A stretch of 64,000 nt of DNA, taken from Mytilus trossulus. Taxonomy: Eukaryota. The DNA lies in assembly GCF_036588685.1 (NCBI RefSeq), contig NC_086382.1:44601552-44665551 (forward strand), written 5' to 3'. The notes below the pieces were generated by a model. It saw only the letters and a list, made by a program, of their open reading frames with translations. It had not been told where the DNA came from and searched no databases. Below are positions 1 to 12,530 of the stretch, piece by piece. Position 1 is the stretch's first letter; the number at the start of each line of letters is the position of its first letter. Made by a program: the position numbers and the translations under genes.

Positions 1-385
1 ACAATCAGTTTTTTTTTTTTTTAGAAAATTTGAAGAATAATATTATTAAACGTACACGTTTTATTTATAACACATACAACTTTATAGCGATCTCGAATAC
101 GTCAGTGATTCCATGTTTACTTAAGAATGTGTTAGCAATTCCTTTCAGTTTTATATATCATATTTTCATTTTTTAAATAACTTTTTGTTCGGTTTCCCTT
201 TTTAAAGGTAAATATAATAAAAATAAAGTTTATCAAATACGTGTTGCTGGTATGAGGAGAAATGCAAACTCCGTCAATTATAATTGTTTTTACAGCTACA
301 TCTACATTGTGCCTTTTGTCTGAACAGCATTACTGGAAACTGCTGGGAACTGGCAAATACAGTTGTTCAATCTGTGCATATTTTG

Positions 386-575
386 TAATTCCAGGCATTG
401 ATTACCTTAGCCGTATTTGGCACAATTTTTTGGATCCTCAATGCTCTTCAACTTTGTACTTGTTTGGCTTTATAAATATTTTGATATGAGCGTCACTGAT
501 GAGACTTCTGTAGACGAAACGCGCGTCTGGCGTACTAAATTATAATCCTGGTACCTTTGCAAACTATTGTAACTT
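386..575 (+). mobile_element. SINE family 2 copy (..ccttagccgtatttggcacaa..aatgctcttcaactttgta..gagcgtcactgatgag..gacgaaacgcgcgtctggcgta..ataatcctggtac..), inserted in a copy A intron
   Basis: It is absent from the orthologous position in copy B (about 21845), where flanking homology resumes on both sides. Other copies are at 11636-11800 (minus), 47480-47655 (plus), diverged at 55040-55165 and 36490-36600, and fragments at 46320-46400 and 47190-47260. Confidence 0.6.
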
Positions 576-1103
576 TTTATAATAAGATAAAATGTGATAT
601 GATTGCCTATAACTAACCATCAATCGTTCAAATGCATTAAATAAAAGTATCATATATGATTAATATCATTATTGAGTTGAAATTGCTTTGCCTGGACACG
701 TCATAAAATGAATACATTTCTTGGCATAGTGGTAGAACGATTGCCTTCAGTGTGATATAGTGTGCTCGATTTCAGGTAGTTTCAAATGAAAGCCTTGACC
801 TTTTACCTCCCTGCCAAATATGCGTCCTCAATTAGAACAGACTGATCGATTTGAAGTCATAAGTGTGTGGGTATGATAACATGTCCATTTTCTAGCTTTT
901 AGCTTGTTAAATAGCACATTGAATATCCGGCTACGCGTGTCGGTCAAATATAAAACTGTCACCGGACGTTCAACAATAATTCAAACTTCCATGCTGTCAT
1001 AATATGGCATTGCTTTATAAAATACTCCAAAATATTGCTGCCAATAAATTGATGTACTAACTAATTTACAAACGTGTTTAGGTTATTGTTTCAAAATACT
1101 TAC

Positions 1104-1328
1104 CAATTAAACATAAAAATAGACAATCGAACAGTTAGAATTTTTGACTTGTAAAGCTCTCCGACGGCTGTACAAAATGCAACCTTTTCATGTTACTCAT
1201 CAACCTTAATTTTCTGAATGTCAATTTCGAAATTAGCATTATTTTCTTTTGCAATATCCTTTAGAATCATTTCAGATCTTGATGACTTCCCCTTCGCTAT
1301 CAACCATCGTGCCGACTCTTTCTGGAAT
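1104..1328 (-). pseudogene. copy A exon 6 with the in-frame TAA (..IQKIKVDE*HEKVAF..)
   Basis: It is homologous to B exon 6. The stop codon is at 1193-1195. The acceptor is atctaag|A and the donor is AATTG|gtaagt. Confidence 0.6.
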
Positions 1329-1905
1329 CTTAGATATATTATTGCTAACTATAATTATTTGCGTTCGAAATGAAAATTGTTTGAGGGGCTATCATTTTCG
1401 TACGCTGTTGATAATATTATGTAGACGTAATGCACTTTTGGCGTACCAAATTGTAAGCCTTGGATAATTGAATATTTTTTGTTAAAACTTTTTTACCAAT
1501 TCAGATAGATCTATATTGTAAAATCTGTGTTTATTCAGTCGCAATTAAAACACAAAAAAATGCTTTATCGAGTATATAAATTTTATGGAAACTTATTTAA
1601 CCAAAATGTCAAATGGAGAACAGCAATACCATTACTGTTCCTTTAATCTTTGTGTTTCCATGTACGCGTAGTGATTTTGTGTCTGGAATTGTTTTGCCAT
1701 ATCCTGTCGTTTCCTTAAATTAAATTTATTCTTATAGTTTTGCTGCATTTAAAATAAAGCTATGTATTTGCTATGATAATACTTGATATATATATATCTT
1801 TCTTTCTACTTTCGAAAATATGGTTTAACATGTGGCTATCTATGAACGAATAAACTCAGTTAAAATATACGGCTTCATTATATTACTTGATATATATCTA
1901 CATAC

Positions 1906-2074
1906 AGTAATGAGGTGAGAAATATACCAACAACTATTGATGTTGACCAGCCCAGAATACGCCAATCCCTGATAAAGTAGGCAAAAATAACAAGCACGTA
2001 TTCTCCAATGCAGAAGGAGAAATAATAGGCAAAGTTTGCGAAAACTCTTTTAGAGGGATCCACCAATTTGGTAG
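1906..2074 (-). pseudogene. copy A exon 5 (TKLVDPSKRVFANFAYYFSFCIGEYVLVIFAYFIRDWRILGWSTSIVVGIFLTSL)
   Basis: The ORF-track ORF 1878..2213 covers it. The acceptor is ttcgttctag and the donor is gtatgt. Confidence 0.6.
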
Positions 2075-3815
2075 CTAGAACGAAAACATCTAAACTGATG
2101 AACATCATTAATATGCACAAAACATATTTATATCCTACAGATTTTGAACTGTTACAGTGAGGTTTTTGATACAAATCAGAATTAAGAAACTGAATTGGTC
2201 TATCAATGCCCATGCTACGTCAATCTTTAAAGACCATCAATGTTGTAAACACGTATCCTACCTCCATGACAAATTTGTTGTTGTCCCCGCAGAGAATCCC
2301 GAAACAACATCTAACCAAAGAAAATATCCTGGATAATCATAGGTCTTTACTAACTTCCTTTGGAATTTCAACCAAAGATGAAGAACTGGGTCTTCAATCA
2401 CTGTATTGCATACCTAAACTACTTAAGTGTCCTTACAAACCATGGTATATTGCTGGGTCTTCCAAGTGCTCCACGAAACCTCTTCCTAAATTATTTACAT
2501 CCATTTTGACAGCAATATTAGGCGGACTTTGAAGTTATTGTGAAGCTGCCTATTCTAGAGGTGGTATGAATCAGATGTGGCTACTAAAAAAATCCAAAGA
2601 TCTTTTAGAGTACATACAATCTAACTCTCTTTCATCTGTAATATTATTAAAACATTTTACTTTTCTCCACTTTACAAAAGTATTCCACATTTCAAACTTT
2701 AAGACAAATTGAAAGAGTTGGTATTGGTTTATTTCATAAAAAAGAATGACCAACGTAGATACAAGTATATTGTCTTAGGGAGGGATAAATCCTACTTTGT
2801 AAAGAATCAATCTGATTAAAACAAAAAATTCTTTGAAACTGACATTATCAAGATCTTGATTTCTTGATTGACAACATATTTGTATCGTTCGTAGGACGTG
2901 TTTTTCAACAGACTGTCAGAATTCCAATGAGAAGCAATTGAGCCCCTCTTCTTGTCGACTTATTTCTTTATTATTATGAGGCTGTCTTCATACATGAACT
3001 TCTTAGGAAGAAAGTTAAGAAGTTAGCAATATCCTTTAATTTAACGTTCCGCTATATAGATGAATTTCTCTCACTACATAATTTGAAAATTGGTGACTAT
3101 GTTGAACGCATGTATCCCATCGAATTAGAGCTAAAGGATACAACAGATACAGCTAAGTCGACCTCATATCTTGACATACATCTAGAAATTGACAGTGAGG
3201 GTCGTCTGAAAAAAAAACTTTACGAGATGATTTCAGCTTTCCAATTGTGAACTTTTTATTTCTAAGTAGCAACATTCCAGCAGCACTTACATACGGGGTA
3301 TATATCTCCCAATTGATACGATATTCCCATGCTTATATTTCCTATCATGATTTTATGATAGAGTGTTTCTATTTACAAGGAAACCATTAAACCAAGAGTT
3401 CCAAACCATCTGATTAAGACTATTTACCGGATTTGTTTACCGGATTTGTTATAGCATGAGCAACACAACGGGTGCACATGTGGAGCAGGATCTGCTTACC
3501 CTTACGGCATGTGTACTATTGCTTGTCTTTTCCATTTTTAGCCATCGCGTTGTCAGTTTAATTTCGATTTTTAAATTTGACTGTTCCTCTTGTATCTTTT
3601 TCTCTCTTTTTTAATAATTGACGTAAAGTTGAATTATTCCAAATGAGAATAGCAAATTTATTATTTTCGCTAACTGTAATTGCAATGCATCATCTAAAAT
3701 AGAATAAATTTTGAATGCCAATTTTATGAGTCTTCAAATTCGCTGTCATGTTTCCGTTTAGTGAACGTTAAAACATATCCCTACTAATCACATACTTTTA
3801 TGGGACACAGCATAC

Positions 3816-3970
3816 CTAGAATATAACCTGGATCATACACAAGCATGCTGAAATAACCGTTCGCAAAAATCAGGAAACCAACAAGTGGAAGAGACGAAAC
3901 GAAAGATCTTATCAAATTTGGTAACATCATTCCTATAAGCGCTGTTGTCAAAACAGGTCGTCTACCTAAT
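3816..3970 (-). pseudogene. copy A exon 4 (LGRRPVLTTALIGMMLPNLIRSFVSSLPLVGFLIFANGYFSMLVYDPGYIL)
   Basis: The ORF-track ORF 3784..4020 covers it. Splice sites are conserved with B. Confidence 0.6.
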
Positions 3971-4679
3971 CTGAATTTGAAGAAATATATTGTGTATGAG
4001 TTGGTTACCAAATTAAACAAAACAGCTTGAACAGTATGTTCCTTCTGGTGGTTTTATTTAAGAAACTTATTAACTAAACAGAATCGCTTATTAAGTTGAT
4101 AGAGACGTGATATGATCTTGATGTAATCAGTCATAATTTTAAAAGTGTTAACACAGTGATTTGTTTCGCCTGAGTGTCATTTCGGCTACGTAATTCAAAA
4201 ATTAAAAAGCAAACACTGAAATCTGTTCACTATGCCAACGTTTCAAAGACAGTAGACTTTCGAGGAGACGGCGGCGCCAAGTGGTCTCCACGGAAATAAA
4301 TGTACCAATACCAATTGAACTTCCTACCAAATATTATTATGACGTATTTACACTTAATCCGTTGGATGTTGGATGCCTATTACATGATAACTTAGTCTTA
4401 GAAGCATGATTTTTTATTATTTGTTATTGGCTGTTTATTCAATTGGTTTAATACTTATAATGAATTGTAACATCATGGTCCTAGATTAGGGGAGGATTGG
4501 GATCCACCTAACATATTTACCATATTTACATTCTATATGTATGTTACTGACCCAAACCAAGAGCCTGTAATTCAGCAGTTGTCGATTTTTGCTATGTTAC
4601 ATACTTGTTTTTGTTCAGTTTTTTGGAACATTAATGAGGTCGCGAGTTTTGTATTGATTTGCAGTTTTCATGTTGGTGA

Positions 4680-4815
4680 CTTTCATAGCTGACTATACGG
4701 TATGGTCTTTGTTCATTGTTGAGGGCCGTATACTGACCCGTAGTTGTTAATTTTTGTGTCACTGTGGAGAGTTGTCTCATTGTAATCATACCACATCTTC
4801 TTTTTATATATACAG
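4680..4815 (-). mobile_element. SINE/MITE family 3 copy in an intron of copy A
   Basis: tttcatagctgactatacggtatgg..cattgttgagggccgtatactgaccc..gagagttgtctcattgtaatcataccacatcttc. Confidence 0.5.
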
Positions 4816-6153
4816 TAAGTTCAAACAGAATAGGACATACACTCTAACTATTACGGAAATGTTGTATACCTAGCCCGGAAATTGAAATATGATTCAAGTA
4901 AACGTACCGATCTTTTTCAATTAACTTATACTAAAATGTTACTAATTCAACAATGTTATTAGGTCTTTAAATGTTGTTTTTAAGTGTAAAAATATTGATT
5001 TTGCTATCAGGAAATCAAAACCAAATAAAAAAGTATAGTATATAAAAATGCATATGCACGGAATTACAATCTTTTAATACCTGTAATTAGGTATGGCACG
5101 TTTTTCTCGGACTGCTAAAGACGTCTTTGCACTTAATTCATTGGATTTTGGATGTGCACTGATTGATATTTAAGATACTAATTTTTCAGTCGGTGTTATT
5201 GACTTCAAATTCATTGTCAGTAACTCAGAGTATTCTCAGATTTGTAACCTGTAATTTTGTATTGTGGGATGTATAAAAACCTCCACTGTCCAAGGTTAAG
5301 GGAGAGTGTGGGGCCTCCAAACATGTTTAATCACGCTATATTCTGTATGTGTATGTACCAAGTCAAAACCTGTAATTCAGGGGTATTCGTTTGTTGCTGT
5401 AAATCATATTTTTGTTATGTTCATTGTTTTGAACATAAACCAGGCCGTTAGTTTTCTCGTATCAATTATTTACATTTATCATTTAGGGGCATTTTATAAA
5501 TACCTATGGAGTATGTATTTTGTTCATAGTTGAAGGACTAAGAATGACCTATGGTTGGAAATTTATATGTCGTTTAGTCTCTGGTGGATTGTTGTATCAT
5601 TGGCAATTATAAAACATTATATTATTCTTATAATATATGCGATAATTAGTTTGTCTCAGGTGAGATAATAAAATTAACGGTACCAATTTTCTTGCACCAG
5701 ATGCGCATTTCGACAATACATGTCTCTTCAGTGATGCTCGTGGCCAAAAGATAACACTCTAGAGAAAATACAGCAATGAGCATTTTGATTCTAAATCTTC
5801 AAATATAATAATGGCGTTAATTTCAAATTAGACAAAAAGAAATCATATTTCAGTACTATTATTTGACATCTAAAAAACAATCTTAAAAACATAATTATTA
5901 AAAAGTTTTTACTTTTTTCCCTTTGCTGTGCGTATCTGATGTAGAACAAAGGAGACTTGTCATCAGATAGCCGTACGACATATGTCACTATAGGTGCAAA
6001 CCTTTATAGAAGTTCGGAAGATTTATTTATTGCTTAAAGAACCTTTGTTTTGTTTACTTTTGTGTCTTTGTTTTTTTTTGTAGCCATACTGTCGGCTATT
6101 TTTCAATTTTGTGTACTCTTTACGAATGTCGAATGACGTGTATGCATACGTAC

Positions 6154-6274
6154 GTGTCCGAAAACATTCCATACGTCATAGCACAGCAAAAAAGTCCAAT
6201 ATAATAACAAAGCATCGTGTGACTTCTTACGAATTTGTTGTCGCATACCATATCCAACTGAAAAATGGTAACCC
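6154..6274 (-). pseudogene. copy A exon 3 homologue (ITIFQLDMVCDNKFVRSHTMLCYYIGLFCCAMTYGMFSD) with a mutated acceptor
   Basis: The reading frame is open, but the upstream AG has been replaced by AC. The nearby alternative AG would give the wrong frame. Confidence 0.5.
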
Positions 6275-7150
6275 GTGAATAATTTTCTTGCACAAACTGT
6301 AAACATCAATTTGAATGTGAAATACTAATGTACAAATAAGTTGTTTGTGTTGTGAGCATTTTACTTGGTTAACACGCTTTGTGTTATTGCTTTCATTGAC
6401 TTCATTTTTAACTTACATATTCGTTTGTTATTCAGCATTTAAACCCGTTGTATTTGTATGCAACCGTCGATATCCTGTTGTTCATTGGTTGTCGTTTGCT
6501 GGTGTGGATATATATATATAGTTGTTCATGTCTGTCGATTTTTTTATCGACAAGATAACTGTTTTGAATGACTTTGGACTAATCAATTTGGGGCTCTTTT
6601 GAGCTTAATGTTCGGTGTAAGCCAAGATTACTAGTTGAAGGCCATACTTTTATTTAATTTTTTTAATTTTTAAGGCAAATTAATCGGAAGAAGTTTCACC
6701 CCTTCTCCCACCCCCACTCACACACAAAAACACATACAAGATAAAAGAAAAAAGTTGAATTAGAATGACAGCAGCGGAAAAGAAGAAAATCTTAAGTGAT
6801 AAATATTACATCAGATGTTAATATATAAATAATTATTACTATGAGAAACCATCTACTTTTCACTAGTGCGACTGTTATCTGTAAGAAATGTCAAAAAGCT
6901 AAAAATCTAGGAAAATTTTTTATTTTCTGCAGAAAAAGCACGTTATGGTTAATTATTCAAATGTTCATTTTTAATTTAATATATCTATATGTCATACTCC
7001 GCTTAATTCTTTCATTGATTAGTATAATTTGTGTATAAATGTTATATTATGCAGTATATTATCTATTGGATATTTATGTTGTGTAAAACCAATAAGCTGC
7101 ATTTGCGCACGGAAATAAAGTTTTATTAAGTTAGTTGTACGCAATACTTA

Positions 7151-7307
7151 CTGTTGAAATAAGTGTAGATTTGTACTGACTTTGATCGTAGACCCACTCA
7201 TTACAGGCTGTTGTACTTCCATTTTGATATACAAAACATTCAGAAATGTTGCAGCCCTATTAAGAGTACTGTTAAATGGATCCACCATGGTTTTTGGCAT
7301 TTGGCAT
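7151..7307 (-). pseudogene. copy A exon 2, carrying the 1-bp deletion frameshift
   Basis: The ORF 7148..7333 translation is ..CRCQMPKTMVDPFNSTLNRAATFLNVLYIKMEVQQ.. It switches frame relative to B (..NSTLNMAANISECFVYQNGS..). The B frame re-emerges as NGSTTACNEWVYDQSQYKSTLIST in the +1 frame. Confidence 0.6.
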
Positions 7308-7779
7308 CTGCAATATATTGACAAATGAATCAATTTTTACAGGAAAGGTTTTCAAATTAATCCGTATGCAATTCGCATTTATCATATAAAATTAAATCTT
7401 CGTTTAGTCTGAGGTCACAGCAGACATATTTTTAGAATGCCAATATTTTCTCAAGATTGAGACAAAAAAAAAAACCATTTCAATGTTGTTGTCTGCTTGT
7501 TTTTTACTCTATTCGACATTTTACTTTTTGATTGTTCCTTGATATTTTCTCTCTCTTTTTTTTCTTCTTTAAAAGTCAGAAAAATAACAATTGAATCGTT
7601 TCTCAACGGCTCAACAAGATGTACATCTGTACAATTTTTCTATTTCTTTGGTGGCTTTGTACGTTTTTTCGTAACGTGTTATCGAACCGTTTTTTGGAAG
7701 GGAAGTGTCATGACCTCATATTCAGATGTTTACAATGAACGATCAATCAGCATTTTCTGTGTCAATGAATCAGCTGTTA

Positions 7780-7925
7780 AAAAGTAAAATCACAAAAATA
7801 CTGAACTTAGAGGAAAATCAATTCGGAAAGTCAATAATCACATGGCAAAATCAAATAACAAAACGCATCAAAAACGATTGGACAAGAACTGTCATATTCC
7901 TGACTTGGTACAGGCATTTTCAAAA
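7780..7925 (+). mobile_element. repeat family 4 copy (..aaaatcacaaaaatactgaact..ggaaaat..aaaggaaagt..ggcaaaatcaaa..atcaaa..gacaa.aactgtcatattcctgacttggtacaggcattt..)
   Basis: It recurs at 9095-9240 and continues as a longer element to about 9900. Other copies are at 8940-9095 (minus), 36610-36840, 37130-37300 and 53860-54700 (a long form sharing about 700 bp with 9095-9900). Minus-orientation copies are at 45900-46090, 48700-48840 and 43560-43640. The ORF-track ORFs 7726..7929 and 48631..48834 are translations of it (..KSKITKILN.EENQFGKSIITWQN..). Confidence 0.55.
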
Positions 7926-8230
7926 ATAGTCTTAAAATATAATATGTATTGTTTAACACATCTTCAATGTCGATTTATAAAGGAACAACATAATTGCGTA
8001 CTTATTAGAAACGTTTAAATGTACCAGGACTACTTACTTAAAAATATAACCTACACCGGATTCCCGGATATCACTACGGCATATACAATTATTGCGTTTT
8101 TAATTAATAACAAGTGTATCGCGTATTGTAATTATCAGTAAAAAAAATTTCTGTGTTTGAACAGCGGTATACTGTTGCCTATATTTATCGCGTATTGTTG
8201 TCTGGCATTCCGATTGAAAAAACTACTTAC

Positions 8231-8373
8231 CTGTGCTTATGATCGCCAAGTATAAATGTCAGCATGTATGAAGTCATGGGATCCAAAAACGGAGGAATCA
8301 ATAACAGAGCCAGCATGCGTTTCTGAAAACGACCAAACCCGCCAATCTCTATTAGAAGCTTGTCGTAATTCAT
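8231..8373 (-). pseudogene. copy A exon 1 (MNYDKLLIEIGGFGRFQKRMLALLLIPPFLDPMTSYMLTFILGDHKH), intact
   Basis: The ORF-track ORF 8227..8433 covers it. The donor is CAG|gtaagt. Confidence 0.65.
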
Positions 8374-8939
8374 GTTGGTCCTGACAAAAAAGTCAAATCG
8401 GCAAACTATTTTGTTTGGATAAAGTATTACCACAAGTAAAGAGATTACTTGTAAAAGAATTATTTTTTTGCGAAAAAATGTCCAACATTGTTTTTTTTAA
8501 ATCCGCCTCATTGGATCACTAGTGGATAGTAAACAATCGTACAGCAGATACTGTTTATGCTATAATAAATCTAAATCGGATGCATCTAAATAAATGAAGC
8601 ACTATGAATGAACGTACTATATTGGAATTATGCTTAGAATGCATTTTCCCCCGTTAATCTTCAACACATGCAAGAAAAAGGCCACCATTGCAGTTTACGT
8701 ACTTGGCTTTATTGAGTAATTATACAATATATACACAAAAGAAGATGTGGTATGACTGCCGATTAGACATCTCTCCACCAGAGACAAAACGACGTAGAGG
8801 AAGCAATTATTGACAACAACGAGCAAAACCAATACCGCATAACAAGCTTTTTTTTATATTTTAACATTGATTAGGATAGAAAAGGTTTCTTTTCTGAAAA
8901 TGATCGAGTTTCTTAAAGGGGATAAGCTGTCAAATACAT

Positions 8940-9900
8940 GTTCATTAATTCAACTCTGAATCTTAGTTATTATCCATTTGTTTTTTGGGTGTTTGGGCTT
9001 TTCTTTTTGCCATTTGAATATGGACTTTTCCTCGGAATTCTGTATTTGCGTTATTTTATTATTTGCTCGTACTTAATTACAAAAAAAATAATGAAAAGAA
9101 AATTCACAAAAATACTGAACTCCGCGGAAAATTCAAAAAGGAAAGTATCTAATGAAATGGCAAAATCAAAAGCTCAAAGACATCAAACGAATGGATAACA
9201 ACAGACTTGGTACAGGCATTTTCTTATGTAGAAAATGGTAGCTTAAACCTTGTTTTAAAGCTAGCTAAACCTCTCACTTGTATGACAGTCGCATAAAATT
9301 TTATTCTATTGACATTAATGCGTGAACAAAACAAACAGACATTATAGGTAAACATGTTGAAAAAAGGAGAACAGCAGTCAACGTGGTGTTATGATATTAA
9401 TCACTATAAAACAAACAAATATTTAACAAAATAGCACAAATGGCATACAGCCTAAGGTTTTTAGCAACAATTAAAGACAAGAATACACAAATTTATTTAG
9501 GTAAAATAACACAATGATGGGATGCATAAGTACAGAGCCACTTCATATGTATGAAAAGAAAACCAAAAGCCACATAGACAAAGCAAATTAGCAAAATTGA
9601 AAGACAAGAATATGGAAATTATCATAGAACATTAACAAAATGACGGTATGGACAAGTACCGAGCCACGTCAAATGGATATCAATAAAAAACAGACTAAAC
9701 TGTAAAATTCATATACATAAAGACAAATAAAAGAAAAGTATAACACGTCATTAAGATAACAAACAACGTCAGTACCCGGAATATATACTTCAAGACCATC
9801 GCGTATTATTTGTCATGTTGATACGGAATATTATACCTTCCGAAAACATCTATTAAATATACATAACGTCCTTAATAAAAAAAAAATAACAATGCATGGA
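8940..9900. mobile_element. composite of family 4: an inverted partial copy (8940-9095, minus) head-to-head with a long copy (9095 to about 9900, plus) containing internal about 120-bp tandem subrepeats
   Basis: Segments 9240-9900 and 54040-54700 align over about 650 bp. Internal duplicated blocks aaagacaagaata..(ca)caaa(t)tt occur at 9470-9540 and 9600-9660. Confidence 0.5.
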
Positions 9901-10479
9901 GTTGTTTCAATATATCATAACTTCGTGTGTATTTTTGAATATGAGTCATATAATTTCCATCGGGATCGTCTCTTAAGAAATTTGTAGGCCATAGACATTA
10001 ATAAACATGAAGCATGTGCAATCGTATAATGAGCAATTTTCCTGATTGTCATACACTAAAAATAGTATCTTATAGCAAAACATTATTCGCTTTGTACATG
10101 TTTGGAACATCATCAATATAGTATGATTTTTTTTGTCCACTTCGTAGCTCATTCCCTTTTACCCATCATCAAATAAAAGAGATTTTGAAGTATTTTGTAA
10201 CAACATATTCCACTTTTGTAAGAATTTTATATTTGCAAATTGGTAGAACTTAGTATAGCTCGCTAAATTCTTACTTTTCAAAACAAATAGGTTCATAAGA
10301 TCTGTTCAACAACACAAAGTTCTTACCTTTAAATCTACGTCATCAAATATTCTTTCAAAATGAATCGAATCGTTATTACAATTGCTATCTAGAGAGAAAT
10401 TTCTAATTCTATAACACTCACACAAATCAGTAACACTTACAACTGATAAGATGGCAATTTAACTGGTATGTTATTTATT

Positions 10480-11420
10480 TGTTTTTTGGGGGGTTTGTGA
10501 CCCGGATTTGTTTAAATAGATTGATGACTTTTAAACAATTTGTCCAAAATGGCCCACAGTATAGTCATACACCAATTCAGTGGGGTTGTGAGGAAACTGA
10601 AGTTAATAGCGTTACCGATTTACAACTATTAAAACAAATCTATTAAAAAAGGGAAGAAAGATACTAGAGCAACAGTCAAACGCGTCAATCGAAAATAACA
10701 GACAACGCCATGGCTCGCTGGCCAGAAAAATTCCTGAATGGGAAATTACCTTAAACAATAGAATTACCCCTATACAAATATGTAAACATTATTTCACATT
10801 TCAAGAAGTCCTGTTAGTGATGTCATTACATTAATCTTCTTAAATGAAGTTACGATTACTAAAATCCGTAAAGTTAAAATAATTGTAATTTTGTAATTAC
10901 CCTTTCATCTAACATGTACCAATATTCTTACATTCCGGATTTGGTTTACACATTTGTATAACAAATTAGTGCTGTTTCAAAATCATGTTTTAATTAGATC
11001 AAAAACATTGAACGAATTCGTCAATTTATTACCGAAGAAGCATGCAAAATGTGAGACCTGCTTTTTATAGTTCTTAAAATATTTCAATATTATTGTAATT
11101 TTTAAGCAATTATATTTTTAACTTTTAACGTACCTTTTGGGGTAATTTTAGAATTTTTTAGCACATATTTTTGAAGTTTTAACTTACTTTTTTGGTACGG
11201 TTTCAATATCTCCTTTAATTTCAGCATGCCAATTTTACATGCATTTTATTGTTTATTTGTGCAATATTTTTTTAAATCTGTTTGCTTTAGGAGTTTTTTA
11301 CATGGGCTTTCATATTTTTTTTTAATTTGAAATTTACTCTGTTTGATGATTTAATCAATGTAAATATCATCATTAGTTATAAATATATATGAATGAAAGT
11401 TCTTAATTCTACGGATCATT
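10480..11420 (+). mobile_element. repeat family 6, with internal insertions relative to the 42850-43400 copy
   Basis: ggtttgtgacccggatttgttt..aatagatt.atgac.ttt.aa.aatttg.ccaaaaatgg.c.acagtatag.. through ..gtcctgttagtgat.tca.t..ccgtaaagttaaaa.aattgt.. is shared with 42850-43400. The 10.5-kb copy has an insertion of about 100 bp at 10640-10740 resembling small elements at 33600-33680 and 62870-62940, and an insertion of about 290 bp at 10990-11280. Confidence 0.5.
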
Positions 11421-11635
11421 TTTCTACCCGAACAACAAAAAACTAATCATGCAAACACATCTTGCTTTTAAGAAAGCTCAAACTTGTAATTTTCTTTATT
11501 TTCAAAGTGTATACTATTGTTGCGTTTCATTTAAGTCTGTGTCAACAAAGCGTTTACCAGAACGTAATAGGTGTTAGCACATAACGTACTATGTGTTTGT
11601 ACATAACTTAATTGGTGTTTGCACATAATAGATAT

Positions 11636-11800
11636 CAAAGGTACCAGGATTATAATTAGTACGACGGACGCGCGTTTCGTCTACATAAGACTCATCAGTG
11701 ACGCTCATTTCATAACCAAAAAGCCAAACGAGTACAAAGTTGAAGAGCATTGAGGATACCAAAAAGTTGTGCCAAATACGGCTAAGGTAATCTATGCCTG
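11636..11800 (-). mobile_element. SINE family 2 copy
   Basis: It is the reverse complement of the 386-575 element (ggtaccaggattataat..gacgcgcgtttcgtctac..ctcatcagtgacgctca..caaagttgaagagcattgagga..). Confidence 0.55.
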
Positions 11801-12300
11801 GGATAAGAAAATCCCTAGTTTTTAGATAAATTCAAAGTTTGTAACAGGAAAGGACTAGGGGCTATAAGGGCCATTTTTGGCCCCACCCCCAAATTTCATT
11901 TAATTTGTCATGTTGTAAGTCTATACCATAGACCTTCTGAAAATAATCGAATTTTGGGTCTAGCTCGTTTATTCTGTTGCCTAGCAACCACTAAAATGGC
12001 GGGGTTAAATTCATCAAATATGATTATTATACAGCTTTAATATATCTTTATTTGAAATTGAACCTGTTTAGCATGTAGTGAACTTTACACTTGTACACTA
12101 TGGATACATCTGTTGTAGGGTTGTCACTGACTCAGACGTACTTATGAATATAATTATTTTCTGTGACTGTATCTTACATTAATTTGTAGGATCCTTTACT
12201 ATAGATAATTTAGCTGATCTGTAACAATAACATCTTCATGCCTTATATATCATGTACTGTAGTACGCCGCTAGATTAAAACTGACGTGGAAAGGTAACAT

Positions 12301-12488
12301 ATGGCCACCGAAAGCTTTTTTTTTGAGAGCCCAGGTGGTCGTGTGGTCTAGCGGGACGGCTGCAGTGCAGGCGATTTGGTGTCACGATATCACAGTAGCA
12401 TGGGTTCGAATCCCGGCGAGGGAAGAACCAAAAATTTGCGAAAGCAAATTTACAGATCTAACATTGTTGGGTTGATGTTTAGACGAGT

Positions 12489-12523
<35 letters not shown>

Positions 12524-12530
12524 TTTGTTT
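12301..12530 (+). mobile_element. tRNA-derived SINE with tRNA-like head (A-box tggtctagcggg, B-box gggttcgaatccc), unique body and (AT)n tail
   Basis: The same element recurs at 37.6-37.96 kb in both orientations, and its body alone at 13652-13720. At about 130 nt the head is too long for a tRNA gene. The ORF-track ORF 12376..12594 is its translation. Confidence 0.65.
12489..12530. repeat. (AT)21 microsatellite (SINE tail)
   Basis: Seen directly. Further (AT)n tracts are at 13626-13651, 37758-37773 and 37985-38006. Confidence 0.9.

Larger units (their letters stand above)
1104..8373 (-). pseudogene. SLC22-family transporter gene, copy A: paralogue of gene B, exons 1-6 in the window with 3' exons beyond the window start; probably a pseudogene
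   Basis: Exon-by-exon nucleotide homology to copy B is roughly 85-90% in exons and extends through introns. Exon 1A is 8231-8373 and exon 2A is 7151-7307. Exon 3A is about 6154-6274, exon 4A is 3816-3970, exon 5A is 1906-2074 and exon 6A is 1104-1328. There are three disabling differences relative to copy B. First, exon 2A is 157 nt against 158 nt in B, a 1-bp deletion in an aaac run that shifts the frame after ..NSTLN.AA. Second, the exon 3A acceptor cag has changed to cac (attcacgggttacc against attcaggcattacc). Third, exon 6A carries an in-frame TAA at 1193-1195 (..IKVDE* against IKVDEKHE in B). Confidence 0.6.

Noticed and set aside
12330-12430. Possible tRNA gene (tggtctagcgg A-box and gggttcgaatccc B-box)
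   Set aside because: The segment between the acceptor-like ends is about 100 nt, too long for a cloverleaf. The same sequence recurs with a shared non-tRNA body and (AT)n tail at 37.6-37.96 kb. It is a tRNA-derived SINE head, not a tRNA gene.
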